Shown one piece after another: positions 52,434 through 64,000 of a DNA stretch of 64,000 nucleotides. The notes below the pieces were generated by a model. The model was given only the letters and a program-made list of their open reading frames with translations. It made no database searches and had not been told where the DNA came from. Origin of the DNA: Geosiphon pyriformis uo1 (taxonomy: Eukaryota > Fungi > Glomeromycota); the NCBI GenBank assembly GCA_016748015.1, contig JAAOMT010000591.1:385532-449531 (forward strand), in the 5' to 3' direction. Position numbers and translations under genes: made by a program. The stretch's first letter is position 1, and the number at the start of each line of letters is the position of its first letter.

Positions 52434-54969
52434 TCAATTCTTAAAGCGTTTGGCCAATGTTGTATCGGGAATTGCTTTCAACTGATCTTCAATTCGCCCA
52501 TTTTCTTTTTCTTCCAATAACTCCTCACTTCCTCGAAAACCAGGTACCTCTACAGTAATTGAGTTCATATCATCCAATGTAATTTCTTCACAATCCTCCA
52601 GGGAAACACCGGATTCATAGGTAAAGCACGCAAAATTCGTTGTCTATATTATAAAGCAAAAATCGCGTTACAGATGTCCTATTTAAATCAAAGAGACTTG
52701 TAATTTGTTTAATTGATTACCTCTTCGAGTGGTATCATGGGATGATGCCAGACCCCAGGATTGTAATTAATACCTTGAGTCCGAGAGGCGACGAAGGCTC
52801 TTAGTGTACTCAGATTTGGTTTATCGTCTTGATTGAATACAAAAAAATGAAAAAAGAAACTTTGGTACAAATGAACACAGAAATTTATATATTACCATTA
52901 CCATTTCCATTCAAACAAACGATCACCAAATATCCTCTAAAATTTTCCTCACCCATCGGAATAAATGATTGAGAAGAATATGGGTGCCGTTCCAATAATT
53001 TAACTTCAATTGGCAATTTAGTCGCGGGTCTGCAGCGGAAAATTGACAAATTGGGTTCAGCCCGTGCAAGTAATCTTCCTTCCTTGTCTGTAGAGATGTT
53101 TTGACGGAAATTGATCAGACGAGCCACATGATTGAATTTGCGGGCAGTTCCTTGATTTGCTGGAGTCACTTTAATTCCATTAGTAATTGAGACACTGTTT
53201 GGGGAATAAAGGTTAGCCTCAATGAAGGATGATATTATTTGACCATAGGCGGCATAGGCATGATTTGTCAATGGCTCAGCGATCAATTTATAAAGCGAGA
53301 TATCGGAAACAGGCAGTTGATTGGTAAAAGGAATGCTGATGAATGACGCTGGCTCAGTTTTTAAATGCTCTAATAATTCACGCCGACCAAAAACGCGAAG
53401 TCGCTTAACGCCACCATCTAAAGTAATTTGATATTGGGTTGATTTAGTAGGAGCTTCTTTACTTCTTTCAAAACGGAACTTCTCTTTTTGCGTCTTAAAC
53501 CTAAAATATTAAGTCGGAGCCTAACCTGGAAAAATGGTCATTCGTACATGAGTGAACTTCGTTAAAGGGGATTTTAATGTGAATACGTGCTGTTTATGTG
53601 CCTCAAGTTTTGATTTACTGAGAATTAGATCCCATTCTATGTTGTCATCTGGGATTTCCTGTATGAGTTGTTTTTGAATAGATCAGTTTCTTGAGAATTA
53701 TTTTGGAAATCTCCAAGTTTTTAGGCGATTAGCATTACCGCTTCAGAGAAACATCCATCTAATGTAACGGTTTGTGGAAAATTTCCTTTGAAATGTGCGG
53801 TATCAATTTCCGCAGTTTCTAGATAGCCAGGATGTCCAAGTTTTATAATCACCCAATCACTATGATTCGATTCTCTCGACCTTTTAGTTTCCCAACCATC
53901 CCCCATGTCTTTACCACGTCCAGGTAATAAAAGATTATCTTTGACCCCATAATGCTGATCGCTGCAAGCGACGGCACGTCCTTCGTTACCAACGTAAGCC
54001 AAGTCAACCCGTGCTGTAAAATCTGCGGGCCAAATAGCTCTTACTCTCCCGTATACCCGTAATCTAGCCTATGAAAATCAATTCAGTGAACACATCTGCA
54101 GATTCAATTTAACTTGATAAATCTCAGTAAAATATTTGACATCAACATACCACACCCCCGTCAGGGTAAATGTATAAGCGGACATGGGTGTAAGTAAGCC
54201 CTGCTGCCTCGATTTCGAAAAAGTGTCGCGAACTGGGGTTGAGATTTACTTTGGGCAAAATTTCGCACCACTGCCAAAAAATTTATTAAAATGGTTTAAT
54301 TCGAGAAGAACCCCAGTTCTGTTTAATTTCAATACCTTTGTAGAATCCTCTGCTAAAGGATCAACATCAGGCGAGTAGCAAGCCTCAAATGACGCAGCGG
54401 GAGCATGATTGCCGTTAAAATGGGCGGTGTCAATATCGAGCCCGACAATTTCCCCAGCGAATCCTAACTTGATGATCACCCTGGTATTATGAAATCAACA
54501 GAATTCTCAATTAGTGGAATTCCCACGCTACCATAAAAGGTGATAGTACAAAGTTCTTACCAATCAAAAAACGGGTTATGTCGTCGGGTTTCCCAGCCGT
54601 CCATCCACGAACCATTCTCTAAAAGGGGCCAACCTTTTTAGAGACTGTATAACCACAGCAATAATTTGAACTTGTACCTGTATAGAGTCCAAGTTTTCGC
54701 ACAGGCTTCTCAGGTTTAAGTAAATTTTCTGCTTCAGCAAAGAATTCATCACTGCAAGAATATATTTTCGCGCCAAGTGATGAACTTGCGAGATCTAAGG
54801 GAATCAGATTTTACGCGTCATGGTGGTGGTTTCTATTTTAGTTCCTTTGCTTCATGATTTTAATTCCTTTGCTTCATGCTTTCGTTTACCTACCAACATA
54901 TCTCTTAACAAGTTTTTCTTCAGCTTCATCTTTATTGATTTGGTAATATTTGAGGTTAGATGTAGGCAT
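52434..54969 (-). CDS. DAL2: Allantoicase fused to ureidoglycolate lyase, 10 exons
   Basis: Two allantoicase repeats ([36 protein letters not shown]; [22 protein letters not shown]). The second repeat continues in the same exon into [33 protein letters not shown] and GVWHHPM (Dal3/AllA). Confidence 0.94.
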
Positions 54970-56682
54970 GGCAGAAAAAGTCAGTTTAAAGAATAGCTAG
55001 ATATTTAAGAGACTATTGCAGCAAAGAAGATTGGGGATTTATTGAAAGGTAATCTAATTCCAATATGGATCTGTTAAGAAGGCCCTTTGTCTTTCATAAT
55101 TTACGTATGCGGTTTCCAATTTGGCTGCCATTTGAACTGTTCTTTTTAAAGAATTCAAATCTCTCCGTCTAGCGGATCAGTCATCAAAAGCTTATCAATT
55201 GGATCAAAATAAATAAATTCTTTAAAGTTTCAAAAGTCTCTTTTTTTAAACGCAATCAGTTAATGACATATATTCAAGCAACTTGGAGATGTGCAGTGGG
55301 TATTTGTTGACAGACAAACAAAAACGTTTTGTGTATCAGCTAGTTTACCTCGTGTCGCGCGTGACTGAAAACAAGGTTCACCTTCCTAAATGAAGACATT
55401 ATCACCACGCCACCTCCGCTACCAAAAAAGGTTATGTCTATGCTCACATAAAAAGAGGATAGTCAGCCTTAAAACGACGAGACTCAACGCCCAATTGGTC
55501 TCAAAGATTGTGTTACCCATCTGCAAGGACGATGAGCAGAAGAGAGTGCCAGAACAAACAAAAAGCACAAGACAGTGGTATCACGCAACAAGCGAAAATG
55601 TTCAGGAGAAACTCTCCCTCGGAAGCAGTTATAGAAACGATGGATGGGCTTGGCGAGATTTTTCTTTAATCCTGTAGTGAAGTGGAACAAAGGTGTTGTG
55701 TTGCTTTAGAGAAGCAAAATGGCAATACGGAAAAGAAATAACTGAAGCCTATGACGATTCAAAAAAAAAACGTCTTTTGGTGTTGTTTCGGTTTTCTTGG
55801 GCGACCGACAGTTTGGTGGAAATATCGCCCATTTCGGCAAGCTATTTAGATTCGGCTCCTGCTAATATCATTGCTGAAGTCATTAATCAGGCGCTGTGCT
55901 AGAAATCGTCATTTTGGAATTGTTTATGTTACGTATTCCAATGCATGCCTATGCAAATCGACGAGGTAAAAATGTCAGTTTTTTGGAAAATTCTAAACTA
56001 CATTTTTTAATTTAAGCTTTTTTTTTTAAATAAGGATAAACTTGTGATATGGCAGAAATAATAAGTGGGTCTGTACGCAAAACAATACATCTTATGGCGA
56101 ACCTACATATTCTATATTGATCCTGCCATTTGCACACCCTTTCCTCTTAAAGGCAGCTCTGATGACATTTGTTTGTGCAAGTACATGGATGGCTTCATTT
56201 TACAAAAAGTCTCTACTTCAAAGTGTAATAAACGCACGACTTGGGAAAAAATCTCGCACATAAAACGATGAAATCTAGAGAAAAAAAATTGTGTTCTTCA
56301 CCCCGAGTTTGACGTAATCGCCATCCGGTATCAGATAAGACAAATTATGAAAATGCTCTTGTGGGCACATTACCGTTTCACCAACGACTGACCCCAAGGC
56401 CGAGGAGTGTTGTCATCCAAAATGAGATCACCAAGAATCGTAACATAAAAACCATTGGAGGGTCCCGAAGTATAAAACTGCCGAAATTGTGGGGCTTTGA
56501 TGTAGAGATGAAAATGGCGCTCCTGAGGGTTATGCAATCCCTACCTACTATTGATGTAATATAATTCATTCGGCTATTCATTAATTTCCAAAAAAATTCC
56601 TCAAAGTATTTAAAATTAGGGTCCTTCTACCGATAATATATTTACACTATGATAATATTTACATTTTAACCTCTAATAAATT

Positions 56683-59154
56683 TCAAGGTATTCGACTCTT
56701 GAAAATCATATATCGCTCAATATTTTTCAGCGAAACATTAGGCATAGATTGTCCAGCAAAGTTATCTTTGGGATCGCTTAACAAGTCCCGCTAAAAATTT
56801 TGATGGAGGTAAGGTTAAAATAATACCATATTACTGTGTAATCATTAGATTTCTTCTCTCACCCTTTGAGCTTTTTCAGCTGCAATTCGGTCATCAATGC
56901 AATGATCTGAGACTTGCTCACGACTTAGTATTCTGGAATTTCGGTAATGACTAAATCTCAATAACTTTATCCCAATCACCACTTTGAAAAATAAAATACT
57001 ACAAAAATGGATCAAGATCAGGCATTAATATGTGACTTCAATCTCACAATATATATTCCTGAAAAACCTTACATGAAAAATAAAATAACGCCATAAACTA
57101 GCCAAGCCCGATATGACCATGATGCAATATTAGCAATTGGGTCATGATTGAGATCTTCATCCATATCGTTGTCTATACTCCAGTCCCTTATCATGGAGAT
57201 AGTTTGAGTCACGAAAAGAATCATCTATACAAAGAAACGTATTGAATTTACTCCGCACTCTAAAAACCCAAAATTCGAGCAATAAGATTTAGAGTCCATT
57301 TTACCAAACATGCCAGCGGTAGCGGGGCAAATCCAATTCGCCGTGGAACATCAGGAGATCGATCAACAACATTCTATTGATTAAAAGCGTAATTAGAGAT
57401 TTGTTATATAATTTAAGTAAAATTTCCAAATGTATATTTACCCGCCCAGAAACTTTTCCAGCAATAAGATCCCGGCAAAGAACATCGACAAATTTATCAT
57501 AAACACTTGGTCGAATCTGGTTAAACTTAGTAATAAAGGCATGTTTTAGCCAATCAACAAGAGATTCAGAAGCCATAACTATAAAAACGGGTGTCAATAA
57601 AGTTTCCAATATTGTCATTTTCGGAAACAGAGGAAAAAAGGATGTAGGCAAAATCGACGATGGAGAGGGCGGTGACCCAGACAGTTCAATTAAATTTCGG
57701 ACGGTTATAATTGTCAAGAAAAGTGCAAGTTGAAACCTTTCAACAATATCTAAAATAGAGGAAATAAATCAAAAACCCTTATAGCACATTATCAAGTAAT
57801 CAATTTGTATAAGGCTCGGTACCTGCACAACTCAGCTGAAATAAGTTTTCTTTTTCAAATTTTTTGAAAACAGAGCCTTTTATTTCAATAAATTGATTCG
57901 AGAGCAATAGAGTGAGCAAGGCGTTTGAATATGAATTGATGGCAACGTTTAAGGTAACAACTTGATATGACATTATCATGGTATGTGCAACTATTGTTGT
58001 AAAATGAAAATTTGAGTTAAATATTAATAAAGTTGATGTTTGCTTATAAAACTTCAATAATAAAAGGATACGAATATAGAGAAAAGCTAAGCCAAAAAAC
58101 ATGAGCAATCGCATCTGCTTTATCGGATGTCCATCATATATTAATCCACCCAAAGTTGATTTGCAAAATAGTGAATCCATAATGTCGCAACCGAAAGAAC
58201 AGCATAAACGATCAAGAATCTTAAAGGGTTAGAATAAATTAGATCATTAAAGAATTTAAAATGCTTAGCGGAGGGAAGCAGAATAATGTAAAGACCGAGT
58301 AAATACCTCAAGAACATTAAAAATAACATACAACTTTATGACAGCTTGTCCACGAATTGAATGGTACATTTGGGATGCGTCAATTCGCTGGAGAAATATA
58401 CAGACTAACAAGACAAGCAAGCCCTTTAACAAATCACACTGCTGCGATAAACTTAGCCTGAAATATTGAGAAATTAATAAAAAAGGGAACCTTATGAAAA
58501 TAATCTTGATTTCTTATATTATGATTAGCTACCTTTTCTTGCTCTCATCTTTCAGCTTCAAAAAGTGCAATATAATCGAGTATATTGCATGAAGAAACCT
58601 CAAAGGAAGAAAGGTAAAGGTATATAGAAAAGAATCAAGACATAAAAAGAAACCAAAAGACACGAGCTATAAATTTAGGAAAAGGTTAACACGCAATCGG
58701 GGAGGAGCTCCAAATCAGGTCGATTATCTCTTGCCTTTTCTATTGCCAACGGTATCGTTAAGAAGTTGATGACACGTTCGGTGGTAATCCCTTCGGAAGG
58801 CTCAGAGTCCGGGGCAGTAAGTTCATCTTTCAAGTATTGCCAAAAACTAAAATTAGGTTTGGAAGTTGATTCATTCCGTACAGAAGCCACAGTCGATAAG
58901 CCCCCTTTTTGCTCTTCAGAAGAGATTAAAGTAGGAATTGGTTTTTCTATGTATGAGTCAAAATCGAGATAAGGAAACTGATTTACATCACTTTTTGGCT
59001 TGGTTTCTGTTTCTTTTGCAGGTATAAGAGAAGGGGACGGTATAGGTGTGAGCGGAGATGCTACGCAACCAGAATCAGTGGTAAATGTAGGATCTTTGTG
59101 TGGAGGAGGAGTAATTGATCCATCAACGATATGAGCTATTTCGGAAGGTTGCAT
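56683..59154 (-). CDS. EMP65: TAPT1/Emp65 (DUF747) ER membrane protein, 10 exons
   Basis: CLDSFLYTFTFLPLR, YHSIRGQAVIKLYVIFNVLE, TLNVAINSYSNALLTLLLSNQFIEIKGSVFKKF, DIVERFQL, VDWLKHAFITKFN. First intron is GC-AG (58667-58734). Confidence 0.93.
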
Positions 59155-59339
59155 AGCGAAAACGGCAAAATTGTAAGGAGAATGGGGTAAATAAACTTTT
59201 TTTTGAATCAGGTACAGTGATTGATCCGGATGACGTTTGACAAATAATTTTATGCTTCTATGACGCAAAATTCGCTAATGTTTACAAAAAGAATTGTTAG
59301 GTTTTTGAGTTCCAATCACGAATGTAGAATTTTGACATG

Positions 59340-61690
59340 ATATTTGTCTTAAAGTCAAATCATATTAAATTTTGCAAGATTTTTTTATTTTTTCTGCAAT
59401 TATCATAATTACTGCGATTAATTAATAATTCTTATTATATTATTTTTGTTTTCGATTTTTAATAATATAATTGTTTAAAAAATAATAATAAATTATACTT
59501 AATAATAAAAAACATTTTGACAAAAAAGCCAAATATTTAAATATATAATAATAATTATTATTTTTTAAGTTAATAAACCAGTAATAAAAATATTAAAAAA
59601 ATATATTATGTAATTTAACAATTTATAATAATTTAAATAATGCAATATTAAAATAGTTTTTATTTAAAAATTATGTATTTATATTAAAAAATAGTTGTAA
59701 ACAAAATATAAAAAATTTATTAACTGTTTTATTAACAATATTTTTATTAAATTATTATTTAGCAAAAATAAAAAACATATTTATTAATTAAAAATTAAAA
59801 AACTTTGTTTTTTTTTGTATTTTTATAATTTCATTTTAAATAAAAAGTAAAAAAGAAACAATTTTTTTCTATTGTTTTTAATAGTTTTAATGCTTTAAAA
59901 AATTTACAAATCTTTTTTTAAACCAGTTTTTTTAAGTTAAAAAACATTATTTGGCTTTAAATAAGAGATTTTTTTTTATTTAAGTTTTTTTTAATTAACT
60001 AATTAATTTTTATTATCACAAAAAATTCTAAAAAGCACAAAAAAAAAGTTGTCTTTTTTATAAAAAATCAGTAGTAAATCTATTTTTTTTTAATAATTCT
60101 TTTTATTATTGTTTAAAATAATTATAAAAAACTTTTTTCTTGAAAGCACTATTTTTAATCTCTCTAAACTATTTGAAAAAATAGTTTTTTGGTGTTTTTT
60201 AAAATTATATTTTTAATTTAAAATCTATTTTTATTTATTTATTAGTATTTTTACTAGTTTTATTACAATGGTACTAATTATAATACTTGATTTTAATTTA
60301 ATTATAAAAAACAATTTTTATTCTATTTAATATATTAACTTTTAATTAATATTTGCTAATTTTAAAACAAAACATGTTATGTTTTTATATATAATTTTAA
60401 CTAATTAATTTATTAAAATACTTAATTTTAAAAATTAAACTAATAAAATAAAAACTATTAAGTTAAATTAGCTTATATTAAAACTATATTTTAATTTTTA
60501 CATAAAATTGAATATTAAAAACAATATTAAATTTTTAATATAAAATTTGCTTTTTAGGTTTTTTAAATGCTATTACCAAAATTAAATTTGTTAAAAAAAA
60601 ATTATAAAATTATAAAATTATAAAATCTTTTATAATATTTGTTTTTGCTTTAATTATTATAATTTTATATAATTTAAGTTTTTAAAGCTATTAAAATTAT
60701 TTTTGCTTATTAATTAATATTAATATTTAAAAATAATATAAAATATAATATAAAATATATTATTATCTATTATAATATGTTTAAGATTAAATTAATTGTT
60801 TTTTTTTTGGTTATACAGTTTTTAAAATCAATAAATTGGTTTTTTAAATTAAAAATTAGACTTGTTTATTTTTTGTTTTTTTAATAATTGTTATTAAAAT
60901 ATGTTATTGTTATTTTTAAATCCAAAAAACTTTAAATAATATTATTCTAAAAACTGATATGTTATAAAAAAATTATGATTAATAAAAACTTTTGAATATT
61001 AATATTGTTATAAATATTTAATTTCTGATTATAAATTTATTTTTTTGGTTTTTTAAAATTTTATTTAAGCAATTTATTAATTTAAAATTTTAATTTTTTT
61101 TGGTTTTATATTCAATAATATTTAATAATATAATAATTATAAAAATTAAATTTTTAAAATTTTAATTACTTAAGTTTTTTAATTAATTAAATTAGTTGTT
61201 TAATTTACAAATATATTAATCAATTTAATTATATTTTTATTAATAATAATAAATTTAATTTTATAATTAAGACTTAAATTAATTTTAAAAAAAAGCAAAT
61301 TGGTAATATTATTAGATTAATAACCAATATATATTAACTTTACAAAAAAATATATAAAAATAATATTAATTTTAATTAATTTAATAATAATAATAATAAT
61401 AATAATAATATAATAATATATAATTTTTTTTGTAAGTAAAAATCTTTTGATAAATTAATAATATTTTAAAATTTTTATTAAAAATAACAAAAAAATAAGC
61501 TGTTTGCAATTAAATAAGTTTATTAAAAACATTAATTATCATATTAACAAAATAAAAATATAGTATTTGTTTTTTATGTCTAATTTAAAATAATTTAAAT
61601 TGGTTTAAATAATTAATTATATATTGTTTTTAATATAATTTATATATAATATTAGTATTATATAAATTAATTAATAATTAAACAATATAT
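59340..61690. repeat. AT-rich hypermutated block of unresolved origin, including (AAT)n at ~61383-61416
   Basis: Same composition and surviving CCA/TGG pattern as the other repeat blocks. No motif could be reconstructed with confidence. Confidence 0.7.
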
Positions 61691-62391
61691 TGTTATGGTT
61701 AAAACTTATATTTCTTATTAATTATCACATGTATTAGCCACTGATATTATATAAATTAGCCACTCTATTTTTAGTAAGTGATCATTGACCTGATCATTGA
61801 CCTGATTATTGACCTAATTATTGACCTAGTCATTGATCTGATCATTGACTACTTTTAATAGCTATATAAGCGATGAATTTCTTAACTGTAAAAAAGCATG
61901 AAGAAATAAAGAAATCAAGAAAATCAAATAAATAAAAATAACAACTTTTATCTCAATTCTTCTCTTATCGCTAATTTCCCTTTCCCTACTTTTAAGTATC
62001 TGAACATCTTAAAAGATAAAAGATTATTTGTTGGTTATTCTTTACCCTTTTCCTGAAATGTGTAATTGCAACATTTGAAGATTATTGAATAAAATGTAAC
62101 TAAAAAGCACATCTGATACTTAATATTGAATTCTAAGAGTGCTGATGTGAAGCATAGAATTATACCAAGTGTGATCATTTGTTGACAGTACAGACTATTT
62201 CTCTACCTTCAGATTCCCCAGTTATCTTTGAAAAGTATAGTGACTGAAATATTTTATGAAACTAATCTTGCACATTGAATTCATACTTATTCAATTCGCT
62301 CTTTAAAGTTGAATTCCCTTTGATTCCTTTCATCACTCTACAATCCTGTTCTCTCTTGCTATCTGTTAGCTTGTTACTCCAATCCGTAACA
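61691..62391 (+). repeat. 5' LTR (701 bp) of a younger Gypsy element
   Basis: Termini TGTTATGG...CCGTAACA (inverted repeat with one C->T). Six 12-bp TGATCATTGACC-like tandem units at 61779-61850, TATA box TATATAAG near 61863, followed by a PBS. Confidence 0.9.
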
Positions 62392-62397
62392 TAAAAG

Positions 62398-62414
62398 TGG
62401 TGCTTTCTGTGAGG
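62398..62414 (+). other. Primer-binding site TGGTGCTTTCTGTGAGG
   Basis: Begins TGG (complement of tRNA CCA) 6 nt after the LTR end. The complement CCTCACAGAAAGCACCA has tRNA T-stem/acceptor architecture. Confidence 0.75.
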
Positions 62415-62443
62415 TTGTCAAAATCCACTTTGTTTTTTATTGT

Positions 62444-64000
62444 ATGGGTGATTATTTATACCTGCCACAACAATCAGAAAAACACTTTAAAGCACACAAC
62501 AAAAATGATCTAGACTTTATTGAACTTAATCTTTTGCCTTCCTACTTGATTTGCTTTCCCATTAAAAAACAATCCAGCAGATAATTCCAAGACTTTTAGA
62601 ACTGGTTCCTAAATGAGCATTCAGCTGAAACCTACACAACTTATACAACCTATTACTTTGACCAAGCTTATTTTGAAAATGACTTTGAAGAAAAAAACAA
62701 CAGTATCAATCAGCTCTTATATTCTACAATCTTTGAACAACAGCCCCCTGATCTTGAATATCTGAATCATCAAATCCACATTTGGATTGCTGCTCATTAA
62801 TCAACAAAAACTTCTCTTGAAACAGAAGAAAAAAGCTATCAAATCACTTCTGTTTTTGATTTCTTTTCAAGTGAATCAGAACACTCTACACAAACAATTA
62901 CACCTAAACCAATGGCTCAAGACCCTCTGCAACAAAACATTTGGATTGCCCTCCAAGGTATACAGACTGCTTTAGGGTAAAGAAACAACACCCTATTACT
63001 ATTATTCAGAGGTAATACCCAAGATCCAATTGAATGGTTGAATGATTTTAAAAGAGCTGCCACAGCAAACTAATATGATAATGAATACAAGTTCCAAATC
63101 GTTGGTGGCTACCTCCAAGGCTCTTCTGCTACTTGGTTCTCACAAGAAACCAATGCCAATGCTCAGCAAAGAATTATTAGATGGGCACTGGCAAATGCTG
63201 GAGAAGACAACACCTCTTTTACTACCCAGTTTAAAACTAGAACTCCCATCTTAATCTCAAAATGGCATATGAAATTAGAAAGAAGAACTCAAGGCCCTGG
63301 TAAGGTTGTAACAGAATATGCCAAAACAATAAGAAAACTCATTAAATGAGTAGATTCTGGAAGAAATTGAACAGAAGAGCAGAAAATACATTTCTTTACA
63401 AAAGAACTGAGAACTGATCTACCATATGCTCTTTGGCCTCTCCTGGCCTTGAAAGATAATTCCACAATAGACATGGTCATTGAACTTGCTCAGAAAATAG
63501 AAAATAATCAAAGGATGCACCTAAAATTCACACTTCCAGTTTTTGCTCCTGTTTCTGTTATGGCTCCTGCTCCCCAAATGGCTGCTACTTCTTTTGCTGT
63601 CCAAACTCAAGACCCAAATGAACAGTTAATAGATAGACTTACTGTTAATCTTGCCTGGCTATTAGAACCATTGGCCCAAGCAATTAGAGAGAATCAACAA
63701 CCTTAAAGACCCAGATTTGAACCCCATTTCAGTTAGCCCCAACAACCACCATATCAAAGACAGCAAAATCATGGCCCACCTGTGTGCTATTATTGTGGAC
63801 TAACTGGACACTTCTTAAGAGACTGCAACAATCCTCTATTGCTCCTTCCAGTTTCTAAAAACAATGACAATTAAAACAACAGAACCATTAACAATAATGT
63901 TTCCAACCAAAGAACCAATCATGCCAACATCAATTACTTTGAAGAGGATCTCCTAGTTGAAGCCACTGTTTATCAGCCTTTAAACTGGTAGGTGCACCTC
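62444..64000 (+). pseudogene. Gypsy gag, moderately mutated with several stops; element continues past the window end
   Basis: FRGNTQDPIEWLNDFKRAATAN*..YLQGSSATWF, TQGPGKVVTEYAK (major homology region), and zinc knuckle CYYCGLTGHFLRDC near 63785-63826. Confidence 0.9.

Noticed and set aside
54842-54878. 15-bp direct repeat TTCCTTTGCTTCATG in the first allantoicase intron
   Set aside because: Two copies only; consistent with a local slippage duplication.

Overview
A 64 kb window from an intron-rich, early-diverging fungal genome. It is most likely Glomeromycotina (Geosiphon/Ambispora-like), which is an inference from gene content and retroelement style. The window alternates sharply between compact gene blocks of normal GC (~10.9-27.3 kb, 40.5-47.5 kb, 48.2-59.3 kb) and very AT-rich blocks of dead, nested retroelements (1-10.9 kb, 27.3-40.5 kb, 59.3-64 kb). 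Genes found: RPC34, PMR1, ATG6, two mitochondrial carriers (one is CTP1), tropomyosin, ATS1/KTI13, EXO1, a forkhead transcription factor, an allantoicase-ureidoglycolate lyase fusion, EMP65/TAPT1 and four poorly characterised genes. The repeat blocks hold a LINE interrupted three times, several Ty3/Gypsy elements (one with a dUTPase, one family with an extra ORF after pol) and solo LTRs with 4-bp target-site duplications. Strongest signal: the repeats were destroyed by repeat-restricted, double-stranded, cumulative C->T/G->A hypermutation. Its context (TpC and CpG lost; RpC and especially RCCA/TGGY spared) differs from classical CpA RIP, making it a candidate RIP-like defence outside Dikarya. 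Other highlights are a ~155-aa stand-alone Requiem-N-like/AT-hook protein that needs a 4-nt microexon, and a gene with a bacterial toxin-like putative RNase tip. Exon structures and family assignments were read by eye, with no database search.
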